64,000 nt of DNA. It comes from an uncultured virus (IMG/VR IMGVR_UViG_3300025410_000672). Taxonomy: Duplodnaviria; Heunggongvirae; Uroviricota; Caudoviricetes. Position 1 is the stretch's first letter; every line of letters begins with the position of its first letter. The position numbers were made by a program, and so were the translations under genes. This document shows positions 44,586 through 52,525 of the stretch, one piece after another. Location of the stretch: the IMG/VR virus record IMGVR_UViG_3300025410_000672, positions 1 to 64,000 of that record. One strand, 5' to 3'. Below the pieces are notes generated by a model that made no database searches, had not been told where the DNA came from, and saw only the letters and a list, made by a program, of their open reading frames with translations.

Positions 44586-44648
44586 TGTAGTATTTAGCAT
44601 AAGATATATAAATAAGTTCAGAGTGGTAAACCCGCTCCAAGGACACAA

Positions 44649-45236
44649 ATGATTCCAATACTGGATCAAAATAATATCTATAGAAAATTTAATTTCTCCA
44701 GTCTTTTTACAGATAAAGAAGATAAGGAGATTTGTAGAATTGTTAAAGAAATTATCGATTCTGGAAATTATTATACCAACAGTCCAAAATATCAAACAAA
44801 AGAAAATGTATTCGGACGACAAGAAGAAATTTGGATGAAACTTCGTATGACTTTTGTTTTATCTGTTTTTTTATATCTAGGTCGAGAAGTTAAAATATCT
44901 AATGTCTTAGCGTGGAGCTTTATGACTAATCATGATACAGCAGAAAATAGAGATAATCTCTGGCACAATCATCTTTCAGATCCAAATAAAACAAAATTAA
45001 GCGGAATTTATTATGCTTACATACCGGATGATGTGAGAGATTATGATACCTGCGGAACAGAATTTGCTCCAAACGGAGTAGATGCTCCAGAAAGATTCTT
45101 TGTACGTCCTGCTCCTAAAACTTGGCTAATATATCCCAGTAAAATATGGCATCGTCCTGGAATAATTCAAAGTCACAAAAATAGATTTGTAGTAGCGTGT
45201 GATGTAGAATTAAACGATGTACAATTAAAAATATGA
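44649..45236 (+). CDS. Putative 2OG-Fe(II) oxygenase-like protein
   Basis: WHNH..LSGIYY..GTEF..YPS.IWH..R DSBH pattern. Confidence 0.55.
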   Translation: MIPILDQNNIYRKFNFSSLFTDKEDKEICRIVKEIIDSGNYYTNSPKYQTKENVFGRQEEIWMKLRMTFVLSVFLYLGREVKISNVLAWSFMTNHDTAENRDNLWHNHLSDPNKTKLSGIYYAYIPDDVRDYDTCGTEFAPNGVDAPERFFVRPAPKTWLIYPSKIWHRPGIIQSHKNRFVVACDVELNDVQLKI

Positions 45237-45410
45237 TAAAATAATATCTTGACGCAATCCAAACGATATAGTAAAAATCAATACAGTTATAAGACAAGAT
45301 TATAAATACTTGTCAGAGTAATAAGATACTTTAACCAGGGAGGTGTTGAGTAAACTACTCATATAACTTGTGTAAAATATGCCAAACTTTAACTTTAAGG
45401 AGAATAAGAC

Positions 45411-46178
45411 ATGGCAATATTAACTAAGACTGCCGCAGTTTCAGACACAGACGCACAAGTAGTCGATTTACGTGGTATGTGGATCGGACTAGTAACACTC
45501 AATGTTTTTTACCTAATTGTACGTATATATGAACAAATCTTTGGCTGGAGAGCTGGCCTTGATTCGTTCGCTCCAGAGTTCCAGACATATTGGATGTCAA
45601 TCCTATGGACTGAAATTCCTCTAGAACTAGTTTCGGGTTTAGGCCTCGCAGGTTATCTTTGGAAGACTCGCGATCGTAACCTTGCAGCAGTTTCTCCACG
45701 TGAGGAAATGCGCAGACTAGTTGTTCTTGTACAGTGGCTCGTAGTTTACGGCATTGCCATTTATTGGGGTGCTTCGTTCTTTACAGAGCAGGACGGTACT
45801 TGGCACATGACAGTTATTCGTGATACAGACTTTACTCCAAGTCACATCATTGAGTTCTATATGTCATATCCAATCTACAGCGTTATTGCTGTTGGTGCTT
45901 TCTTCTATGCAAGAACACGTATTCCATACTTCGCTCAAGGCTATTCATTAGCATTCTTGATCGTTGCTATTGGACCATTTATGATTATTCCAAACGTTGG
46001 TCTCAACGAGTGGGGTCATACTTTCTGGTTCATGGAAGAACTCTTTGTAGCACCGCTACATTGGGGCTTTGTGTTCTTTGGTTGGATGGCACTAGGCGTA
46101 TTTGGTGTTGTTCTACAGATTCTAGGTCGTGTTCACGCTCTAGTTGGCAAAGAAGGTGTTGCTCTACTAACAGAGTAA
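45411..46178 (+). CDS. pmoC: Particulate methane monooxygenase subunit C
   Basis: WRAGLDSFAPEF, WGASFFTEQDGTWH..IRDTDFTPSH, PNVGLNEWGHTFWFMEELF..PLHWGF; closely matches Methylocystis PmoC as recalled. Confidence 0.97.
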   Translation: MAILTKTAAVSDTDAQVVDLRGMWIGLVTLNVFYLIVRIYEQIFGWRAGLDSFAPEFQTYWMSILWTEIPLELVSGLGLAGYLWKTRDRNLAAVSPREEMRRLVVLVQWLVVYGIAIYWGASFFTEQDGTWHMTVIRDTDFTPSHIIEFYMSYPIYSVIAVGAFFYARTRIPYFAQGYSLAFLIVAIGPFMIIPNVGLNEWGHTFWFMEELFVAPLHWGFVFFGWMALGVFGVVLQILGRVHALVGKEGVALLTE

Positions 46179-46201
46179 ACCCTGTTAAAAACCCTCCCAA
46201 G

Positions 46202-46233
46202 AGCCGCTCGCGCAATGCGGGCGGTTTCTTTTT
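46202..46233 (+). terminator. Terminator after pmoC
   Basis: GCCGCTCGC-GCAAT-GCGGGCGGT followed by T-run. Confidence 0.8.
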
Positions 46234-46245
46234 GATAAATACACC

Positions 46246-47142
46246 ATGTGTATTGTTATTGGAAAATACTTTGAAGGAACTGGTTGGGTTGCTGTAAAGA
46301 ACCGTGATCGTAACTATATCCCCGAAATTAGTTTTAAGAAGAAAATTGGTGATGGTGTAGAAATACTTTACTTCTGGGATGACATTACACAGTATTGCGA
46401 AGGAATGAATTCCGCAGGTGTAGGTGTACTAAGTGCTAGTCTTATGGTTATGGACGACGAGAAAGAAATAGAGAAGCGTTCAAAGACTCCAAGTAAAGAC
46501 GGTGCAAAAATTAAAAAAGCATTAACATTTCCAAATATTAAAGCAGTTGCTATGAGTCTTATTAAACAAAAACTTACAGGCAATACACTTATATTCAATC
46601 AAGAAACTATGTATCTACTCGAAGGTGCCTGGAAGCCAGGAGAATATAAATCAAAGGGATATGATTATATTATTAAAGAAATTCCAAAGGATCAAACAGT
46701 TGTAAGAACTAACTACGGTATTTGGATACCTTGGGCAGGATATCAGCGTGGAGTTGACGACAATCAAACAATGAGTCGTATTAGTGCCGAATCACGTAGA
46801 CTTATAGGCGAAGATGTTGTTAAAAAAGCAGAAGACCCCGAAGATATTCTAGATGGCTTAACATTAGATTATACACACGACGGACAACTTAATGCTTTAC
46901 GCACAACTACTAAAAAGAAAAAAATGCGTACTACAAGTCAGATAATGATTATTCCAAAAGAAAAAACTATGTATGTTCGTCCTGTACAAAGTAATATGAA
47001 GTTCAACTTCTGGGAATTAAATGATCCAAAACAACAGACATGGATCGAGATTCTAAGTAATCGTGTATTGTATATGAATCTTAAAGACAGTGATCCAGGA
47101 AACGATCCACCGTTTGATCATAAGTTAGATCATAATTCTTGA
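46246..47142 (+). CDS. Ntn-hydrolase-like protein (NRDE/TANGO2-like)
   Basis: N-terminal Cys2, KNRDR, EGMNS.GV, RTN. Confidence 0.6.
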   Translation: MCIVIGKYFEGTGWVAVKNRDRNYIPEISFKKKIGDGVEILYFWDDITQYCEGMNSAGVGVLSASLMVMDDEKEIEKRSKTPSKDGAKIKKALTFPNIKAVAMSLIKQKLTGNTLIFNQETMYLLEGAWKPGEYKSKGYDYIIKEIPKDQTVVRTNYGIWIPWAGYQRGVDDNQTMSRISAESRRLIGEDVVKKAEDPEDILDGLTLDYTHDGQLNALRTTTKKKKMRTTSQIMIIPKEKTMYVRPVQSNMKFNFWELNDPKQQTWIEILSNRVLYMNLKDSDPGNDPPFDHKLDHNS

Positions 47143-47179
47143 CATAATCCAAATAAACATATATATTAATACTATGAAC

Positions 47180-47269
47180 GGTGGGGTGCCTGAGAGGTCG
47201 AAAGGAGCGGTTTGCTAAACCGTCGTACCGGAAACGGTACCCAGGGTTCGAATCCCTGTCCCACCGCCA
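47180..47269 (+). tRNA. tRNA-Ser(GCU)
   Basis: Long variable arm, loop TT-GCT-AA, G73, CCA. Confidence 0.95.
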
Positions 47270-47601
47270 TTATATGCAGTTTTATGTGCGATAAAACTGG
47301 CTAAATACAAAACGAGCTTTTTATCGTAAACCAAAGGATTAATATTATGCGTAAGTCCAAAGCAAAAGCAATCGCTATAGCACAGACAGAAAAGCAGAAT
47401 GCTATGTTTGTTATAACTTCAATGCTTGCTCTTGCTGTTATGCTAGTTTTTTACATAGCATAACTTAAAGACTTAAATTTCTAAAAATTTAGAGTTTCCC
47501 ATAACTTGGGAAAGGCAAGTTGAACGTTCTCATATTTCGTTCAACACTTACTATGTTCGTCTGGCATTGTGCTAACGAACTTAACAAGAAAGGTAAAAAT
47601 T

Positions 47602-48090
47602 ATGTTTAATATGAAAAATATTGTGATGGCTGCTATTGTGGCTATTTGCTTTGCTACACCGGCATCAGCAGATCCTGTTACAGACCTTTTTGATGGAATG
47701 TTTGGACAGCCTCACACTCAGACTGCTGTAAAGCAGAGCCGTCATTCTCGACACACACAGCCTGCTCAAGAACAGGCAGATAACGGCGGACTATTCGGTG
47801 GCATTATTTCCGCTGGTCAGCGTATGGTTGCTTCTTTTTACGGACACGGTGAGAAGTTGAGCAAATATACTGCTAGTGGACAGCGTTTTAATCCACATGC
47901 TATGACAGCAGCACATAAGACACTTCCATTTGGTACACAACTTCATGTTTGTCACCGTGGATGTGTAACTGTAACTGTTAATGATCGCGGTCCATTTGTT
48001 CGCGGACGTCAATTAGATCTTTCATATGGCGCTGCTAGAGCAATTGGAATGACTAGTACAGCATCAGTGCATGTTGCTAGATTAAACTAA
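47602..48090 (+). CDS. RlpA-family lytic transglycosylase (DPBB)
   Basis: Signal peptide; ASFYG..TASG.RF...MTAAHKTLPFGT..VNDRGPF..R.LDLS. Confidence 0.9.
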   Translation: MFNMKNIVMAAIVAICFATPASADPVTDLFDGMFGQPHTQTAVKQSRHSRHTQPAQEQADNGGLFGGIISAGQRMVASFYGHGEKLSKYTASGQRFNPHAMTAAHKTLPFGTQLHVCHRGCVTVTVNDRGPFVRGRQLDLSYGAARAIGMTSTASVHVARLN

Positions 48091-48096
48091 TATTTT

Positions 48097-48125
48097 AGAG
48101 GCTGCTCCTGAAGCAGCCTCTTTTT
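48097..48125 (+). terminator. Rho-independent terminator
   Basis: GAGGCTGCT-loop-AGCAGCCTC followed by TTTTT. Confidence 0.85.
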
Positions 48126-48598
48126 ACGACTCGAGGCTAATTAATGTTATAGGAGCCTCAAATGACTGTTGTAGATTTTGTTGTTTTTCAAGAAAAACAA
48201 AAACTTGTTAGAGAACTTAAAGAATGGCGTGAGAGACTTAATTTGGCTTATGAATTTGATTGGAAAGATCCCAGTAAACAAATATGTCATAGTGAAGTAG
48301 AAAGATTAAGAAAACTAGTCGAAATCGATGAAACAATTATTGACAAAATTTCTAAACATGTATAAAGTAAGTAATATGTTTCGACTTAAAAACTATATAG
48401 ATTTTAATCATCTAAAAGAAATTAATTCGGGTTATTTCAAACATCTTTTTATAGCACTCTATTTTGTGTTTATAACTATTATTAGCGCCGTTACTGGATT
48501 AATACATGCTTTCATTCCTTTCCTATTTCCATTCACTCCTTACCTTCTTGTTAAAAAAGTAGTAGATGGAACTGAAAAATATTTCATGAAAAAATAAA

Positions 48599-49327
48599 AT
48601 GGAATTTCAAAAGATTTTAGAAGAAGGTATTACAATTCATAGTTCGGGTTCTTCCGGACCTTCAAAACCATTCTTCCAACCACCTAAAAAAATTAGAGCA
48701 GCAAATAGAATTTCTAGGATTGTTAACGGACTTACTGGAACTAGTAGAATCTATACTGTTATGAAAATGGATCATGCTGGTGGATTATTTGGACAAACTC
48801 TTCCTGGTTATGAAATTGGAGCAATGACTATAATTGAAAAATTTAGTCCATATACGTTTATTAAAAATATAAAAAGATTTTCTCATTCACATATTACTCC
48901 ATTACATGCTAAAGCAATAATGAAAACAAAAGGATTTAAAGATATTGATTTATCAAATATTACTATTATGTGTGGGGCAGAACCTGTTACTTGGGATATT
49001 ATAGAAGCATTTGTATCTAAAGGATGTATATTTATTACTAATTGGGGAATGAGTGAAATAGGTCCTACAGCAATTAATTATAAATTTAAATCAATAGAAG
49101 AAGTTAATTATGTTAAAAGTATTTGTCCAAAAGATGCTACAATATTAGGAAATAAAAAGTATTGTGAATATAAAATAGATAATGAAGAATTAGTGGTAAA
49201 AGGTGATATTTGTATTTTCGATAATTGGTATTATACTAAAGACAAAGTTGTAGAGATAGATGATATATTATTTTATTCTGGAAGAATAAATTTGGACGTA
49301 GACTTTAATAATCCAAAAAAAGGTTGA
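48599..49327 (+). CDS. Minimal AMP-binding (acyl-CoA synthetase-like) protein
   Basis: SSGSSGPSK, NWGMSEIGP, ELVVKG, WYYTKD..GR. Confidence 0.7.
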   Translation: MEFQKILEEGITIHSSGSSGPSKPFFQPPKKIRAANRISRIVNGLTGTSRIYTVMKMDHAGGLFGQTLPGYEIGAMTIIEKFSPYTFIKNIKRFSHSHITPLHAKAIMKTKGFKDIDLSNITIMCGAEPVTWDIIEAFVSKGCIFITNWGMSEIGPTAINYKFKSIEEVNYVKSICPKDATILGNKKYCEYKIDNEELVVKGDICIFDNWYYTKDKVVEIDDILFYSGRINLDVDFNNPKKG

Positions 49328-49354
49328 CATGTTTCTAATCTTCGTGTATAAATA
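49324..49354 (+). promoter_or_regulatory. Composite sigma70 and late promoter for the tRNA array
   Basis: TTGACA-17 bp-TATAAA(TA). Confidence 0.75.
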
Positions 49355-49383
49355 AAAGACAATAAGGAAACGTGAGTTCAAAA

Positions 49384-49511
49384 ATGAATCAACGCAATAA
49401 TCAAATTAGTATGGTATGCTGGTATGAAAATACCAGTCGGGGTCTTGCGTGGTGATTTAAGAATCACATATACGTTTACAAGACCCTGGAAGTAAAATTC
49501 CGGGGTTTTTT
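49384..49511 (+). promoter_or_regulatory. Candidate leader-peptide transcription attenuator
   Basis: 23-aa leader ORF; antiterminator GGGTCTTG/CAAGACCC overlaps terminator GACCCTGGAA/TTCCGGGGTT plus T-run. Confidence 0.65.
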
Positions 49512-49529
49512 ATTGAGAGGAGAACGAAT

Positions 49530-49685
49530 ATGAAGTGGCCTAAACTAATACAAAAGATGTATAAAGCAATTATAGAACGTGATGAAGATAAAGAAAAAGA
49601 GTTATACTTCAAAGCCATGAAGAAAAACTTCAAGGACAAGAAGGAAGAAAAGAAGATTACTGCTAAAAAGACTATTATAAAGTAG
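49530..49685 (+). CDS. Small Lys/Glu-rich protein (51 aa)
   Basis: GAGAGGAG SD; ORF MKWPKLIQK...TIIK read by eye. Confidence 0.55.
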   Translation: MKWPKLIQKMYKAIIERDEDKEKELYFKAMKKNFKDKKEEKKITAKKTIIK

Positions 49686-49728
49686 TAATCTTGTTGTTTG
49701 ACAGTGTGAATAAGAATTTAGCATTTTT

Positions 49729-49803
49729 GCTCCCTTCGTCTAGCGGTTAGGACGTCGCCCTTTCACGGCGAAAACAGGGATTCGAATTCCCTAGGGAGCA
49801 CCA
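49729..49803 (+). tRNA. tRNA-Glu(UUC)
   Basis: Cloverleaf, loop CT-TTC-AC, CCA. Confidence 0.95.
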
Positions 49804-49807
49804 ATAT

Positions 49808-49882
49808 GCTAGTGGGTCGGTATGGCATCGAAAGACTCTCATAAGATCTTCAAAATTGGTTCAATTCCAATCATTAGCACCA
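49808..49882 (+). tRNA. Divergent tRNA with CAU anticodon (Met or Ile2)
   Basis: Acceptor GCTAGTG/CATTAGC-A-CCA and T arm intact; loop CT-CAT-AA; D arm and anticodon stem mismatched. Confidence 0.6.
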
Positions 49883-49893
49883 ATAAATAATAT

Positions 49894-50577
49894 ATGCGTT
49901 TAATAATTTTAGGTGATAGTGGAGCAGCTGGAGATCATTCTTGGCCTAAGAAATTATCAAATAAACTAAATTGTGAATTAATAAATTTTGCCAAGCCTGC
50001 TGCACAAATTCTTTTACAAATACAATTAATGCAAGATTGGCTAATTGATAATGATTTAAATAAAAATGATATTATTATTTGGCAAATAGGATGGTCTCTA
50101 CATTCTGTTGTACATATAGGACACGAACATTTAGATTCCGTTCAAAAAGCAGATAGATTTGTAAAAAATAAATTGTTTATTTCTCATTATCATATAAGAG
50201 ACAATAAAATCGATAATAAAAAAAGAATATCTTTATTACCTATTAGTCCAATTCTTCATAAATTTTCTAATAGAAAAAAACCAAATGATGATGCAGAAGT
50301 ACTTCATCAATTACTTTTTATGCTTGTAATATTAAAGAAATTATGTCCTCACATATTAGTTACTCAATCACAAGAAGAATTTGTTAAGGACGAACATTGG
50401 AAAAACTTTAAAAAAATATTAATAGAAAAAGATATTGACTTTATCGAAGAAGGTATGTATAATTGGTGTATAAGTAATAACTTAGATACAGAATTTTTTC
50501 ATCCAACTAACGAATCTTATGGTATATATGTAGAACAAAAAATATATCCTAAATTAAAAAGTTTAGGTTGGATATAG
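49894..50577 (+). CDS. SGNH-hydrolase-like protein
   Basis: LGDS N-terminal motif; C-terminal D..FHP. Confidence 0.5.
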   Translation: MRLIILGDSGAAGDHSWPKKLSNKLNCELINFAKPAAQILLQIQLMQDWLIDNDLNKNDIIIWQIGWSLHSVVHIGHEHLDSVQKADRFVKNKLFISHYHIRDNKIDNKKRISLLPISPILHKFSNRKKPNDDAEVLHQLLFMLVILKKLCPHILVTQSQEEFVKDEHWKNFKKILIEKDIDFIEEGMYNWCISNNLDTEFFHPTNESYGIYVEQKIYPKLKSLGWI

Positions 50578-50613
50578 GTAGACCTGATAAATAATTATAG
50601 GAGGTCTACCAAT

Positions 50614-51042
50614 ATGCCTAGAGGAATTAAAGGAATACCAAAAACTTATCTTTGCTTACATTGTGGAAAAGAGAATAAATTCAGCTTTAGTAGTACAAAT
50701 AAGTTTTGCGATAATAAATGTCAAAAAGAATTTGAAGGTAAAGAAAAAGTTAAACTATGGTTAAAGGGAGATAAAGAACCAACTAAAAGTATCATAGTTA
50801 GATATCTAAAAGAAACTAAAGGATATAAATGTGATGTTTGTGGTTTATCTGAATGGAACGGATCATCTATAACATTAGAAATTGATCATATAGATGGCGA
50901 CTCAACAAACAATCATCCTTCCAATTTTAGATACATGTGTCCAAACTGCCATTCGCAAACACCTACATATAAAGGTGGAAATAAAGGTAATGGCAGACCA
51001 AGACATCAAAAGGATTATACAATAATACGCTCTCTTAGTTAA
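50614..51042 (+). mobile_element. HNH homing endonuclease in the tRNA array
   Basis: CDVCG..W....LEIDHIDGD..NN...N.R.MCPNCHSQT; stop codon lies inside tRNA-Thr. Confidence 0.9.
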
Positions 51043-51102
51043 ATGGTATAACAGCTGATTAGTAATCAGTTATTGGCAGTTCGATTCTGTCAGAGAGCAC
51101 CA
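51029..51102 (+). tRNA. tRNA-Thr(AGU)
   Basis: GCTCTCT/AGAGAGC acceptor, stem GCTGA/TCAGT, loop TT-AGT-AA, CCA. Confidence 0.85.
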
Positions 51103-51107
51103 TTTAA

Positions 51108-51181
51108 GCCGACATAGTGTAGTGGTAGCACGAGAGATTGTGGATCTTTTAGTCCAGGATCGTTACCCGGTGTCGGTACCA
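51108..51181 (+). tRNA. tRNA-His(GUG), alphaproteobacterial type
   Basis: Loop TT-GTG-GA; G1-U72, A73, A at position -1. Confidence 0.85.
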
Positions 51182-51186
51182 TTTAT

Positions 51187-51263
51187 TGGCGTGTAGCTCA
51201 GTTGGTTAGAGCATTCGACTGATAATCGAAAGGTCGGTGGTTCAAATCTACCCATGCCAACCA
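51187..51263 (+). tRNA. tRNA-Ile(GAU)
   Basis: Cloverleaf, loop CT-GAT-AA, CCA. Confidence 0.95.
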
Positions 51264-51268
51264 GTTAT

Positions 51269-51353
51269 GGGGGAATGTCCCGAGCGGCAAAGGGGGCGGA
51301 CTGTAAATCCGCTGGCTAAGCCTTCGTAGGTTCGAGTCCTACTTCCCCCACCA
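51269..51353 (+). tRNA. tRNA-Tyr(GUA)
   Basis: Long variable arm, loop CT-GTA-AA, CCA. Confidence 0.95.
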
Positions 51354-51354
51354 T

Positions 51355-51428
51355 AGAGGTAAAGTGTTACGATAGCACATCGGTCTCCAAAACCGAGGGC
51401 GTGGGTTTGACTCCTACTACCTCTGCCA
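51355..51428 (+). tRNA. tRNA-Trp(CCA)
   Basis: AGAGGTA/TACCTCT acceptor, loop CT-CCA-AA, G73. Confidence 0.9.
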
Positions 51429-51433
51429 AAATT

Positions 51434-51555
51434 TGTCGCGCTTGACCCGTCGCGGCAGACTTCCATACAATGCTTGGGAGTCAAATAAGTCCTACATCAA
51501 CTGTGTAGGGGTATAATAGTCCGCATTCCAAAGCGTACTCGCTAACGGGTTGCCA
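51434..51555 (+). ncRNA. Unknown structured RNA ending in GCCA
   Basis: Several complementary segments; see findings. Confidence 0.5.
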
Positions 51556-51559
51556 AATT

Positions 51560-51634
51560 GGGGAGGTGCCAGAACGGTTATGGGAAGGTCTGCAAAACCT
51601 TTATATGTGGGTTCGATTCCCATCCTCCCCTCCA
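51560..51634 (+). tRNA. tRNA-Cys(GCA)
   Basis: Loop CT-GCA-AA, U73, CCA. Confidence 0.93.
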
Positions 51635-51637
51635 ATT

Positions 51638-52525
51638 TTAGATTTTTAATCTTGCTTCTATATATTCAGCAATTTGTTCTGCGACATTTACTTTAACATA
51701 AGTTTCAAAACCTTCAAAACCTGGAGCAGAATTTGCTTCACATACTTTGAACCCGTCGTTGTCAAATAATAAGTCGATGCCGGCTATATCTAATCCTAAG
51801 GCTCTTGCTGTTTTAATACAAAGTGTTTCTATTTCTTCTGTTACTTCAAATGCTTCACCAGTGCCGCCACCTGTGATATTAGCACGAAAGTCACCTTGTG
51901 GTCCTGTTCTTTTCATTGCACCAATAACTCTGTTACCTAAAACCCAAACACGAAGATCTGTGCCTTTGCTATTATCTATAAACTCTTGAACTATCATAAT
52001 TTTCTTAAGACCTAGTCCGTCTATTAGTCCCATAAGGTCTTCAAATAATTTTTTATTCTCACAAAGATAAACACCTCTACCATAACTCCCTTGTAGAACT
52101 TTTACTACACAAGGAAATCCAATTTCTCCTTCTACTAAAGAACTAGAAACTGGAAACTTAACTAACATAGTTTTTGGAGTTGGAATATTGTTTTGAGATA
52201 AAATTTGATGTGCTAATAATTTGTCTTTAACATTATTAATACCATCTATACTGTTAACTGTTGTTACAGATAATTTTTCAAGTTGTCTAATAACTGCTGA
52301 AGTAAAATAATTTGTTCCCGAACCTGTTCTATTTAGAACTATCTTAGGAAGAGTGATTTGTGTATTATTATATCTAACACTTTTTCTGTTATGTCTATTA
52401 ACAATAATATCAAATTGATCAGGATTCATTAACTTAGCATTTAACTTTAGGTTACTAAATGCTTTCAAAAGTCTATCGTTTTCATAGTGTTCTATACTAT
52501 GTTGACTCAAAATCCATATAGACAT
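51638..52525 (-). CDS. RimK-family ATP-grasp ligase
   Basis: DKL..Q.L....PTPKT, G..G.GV, VQEFI..DLRV, DFRAN...GG, AGIDLL..CEANSAPGF. Confidence 0.9.
   Translation of the reverse strand: MSIWILSQHSIEHYENDRLLKAFSNLKLNAKLMNPDQFDIIVNRHNRKSVRYNNTQITLPKIVLNRTGSGTNYFTSAVIRQLEKLSVTTVNSIDGINNVKDKLLAHQILSQNNIPTPKTMLVKFPVSSSLVEGEIGFPCVVKVLQGSYGRGVYLCENKKLFEDLMGLIDGLGLKKIMIVQEFIDNSKGTDLRVWVLGNRVIGAMKRTGPQGDFRANITGGGTGEAFEVTEEIETLCIKTARALGLDIAGIDLLFDNDGFKVCEANSAPGFEGFETYVKVNVAEQIAEYIEARLKI

Noticed and set aside
44586..44822. N-terminal extension of the 43803..44822 ORF
   Set aside because: Overlaps plus-strand gene 44649; a late motif points to the ATG at 44585.
51429..51555. Theta (HDV-like) ribozyme after tRNA-Trp
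   Set aside because: The helix order lacks P3 between the P2 5' strand and the P1 3' strand; kept only as an unknown RNA.
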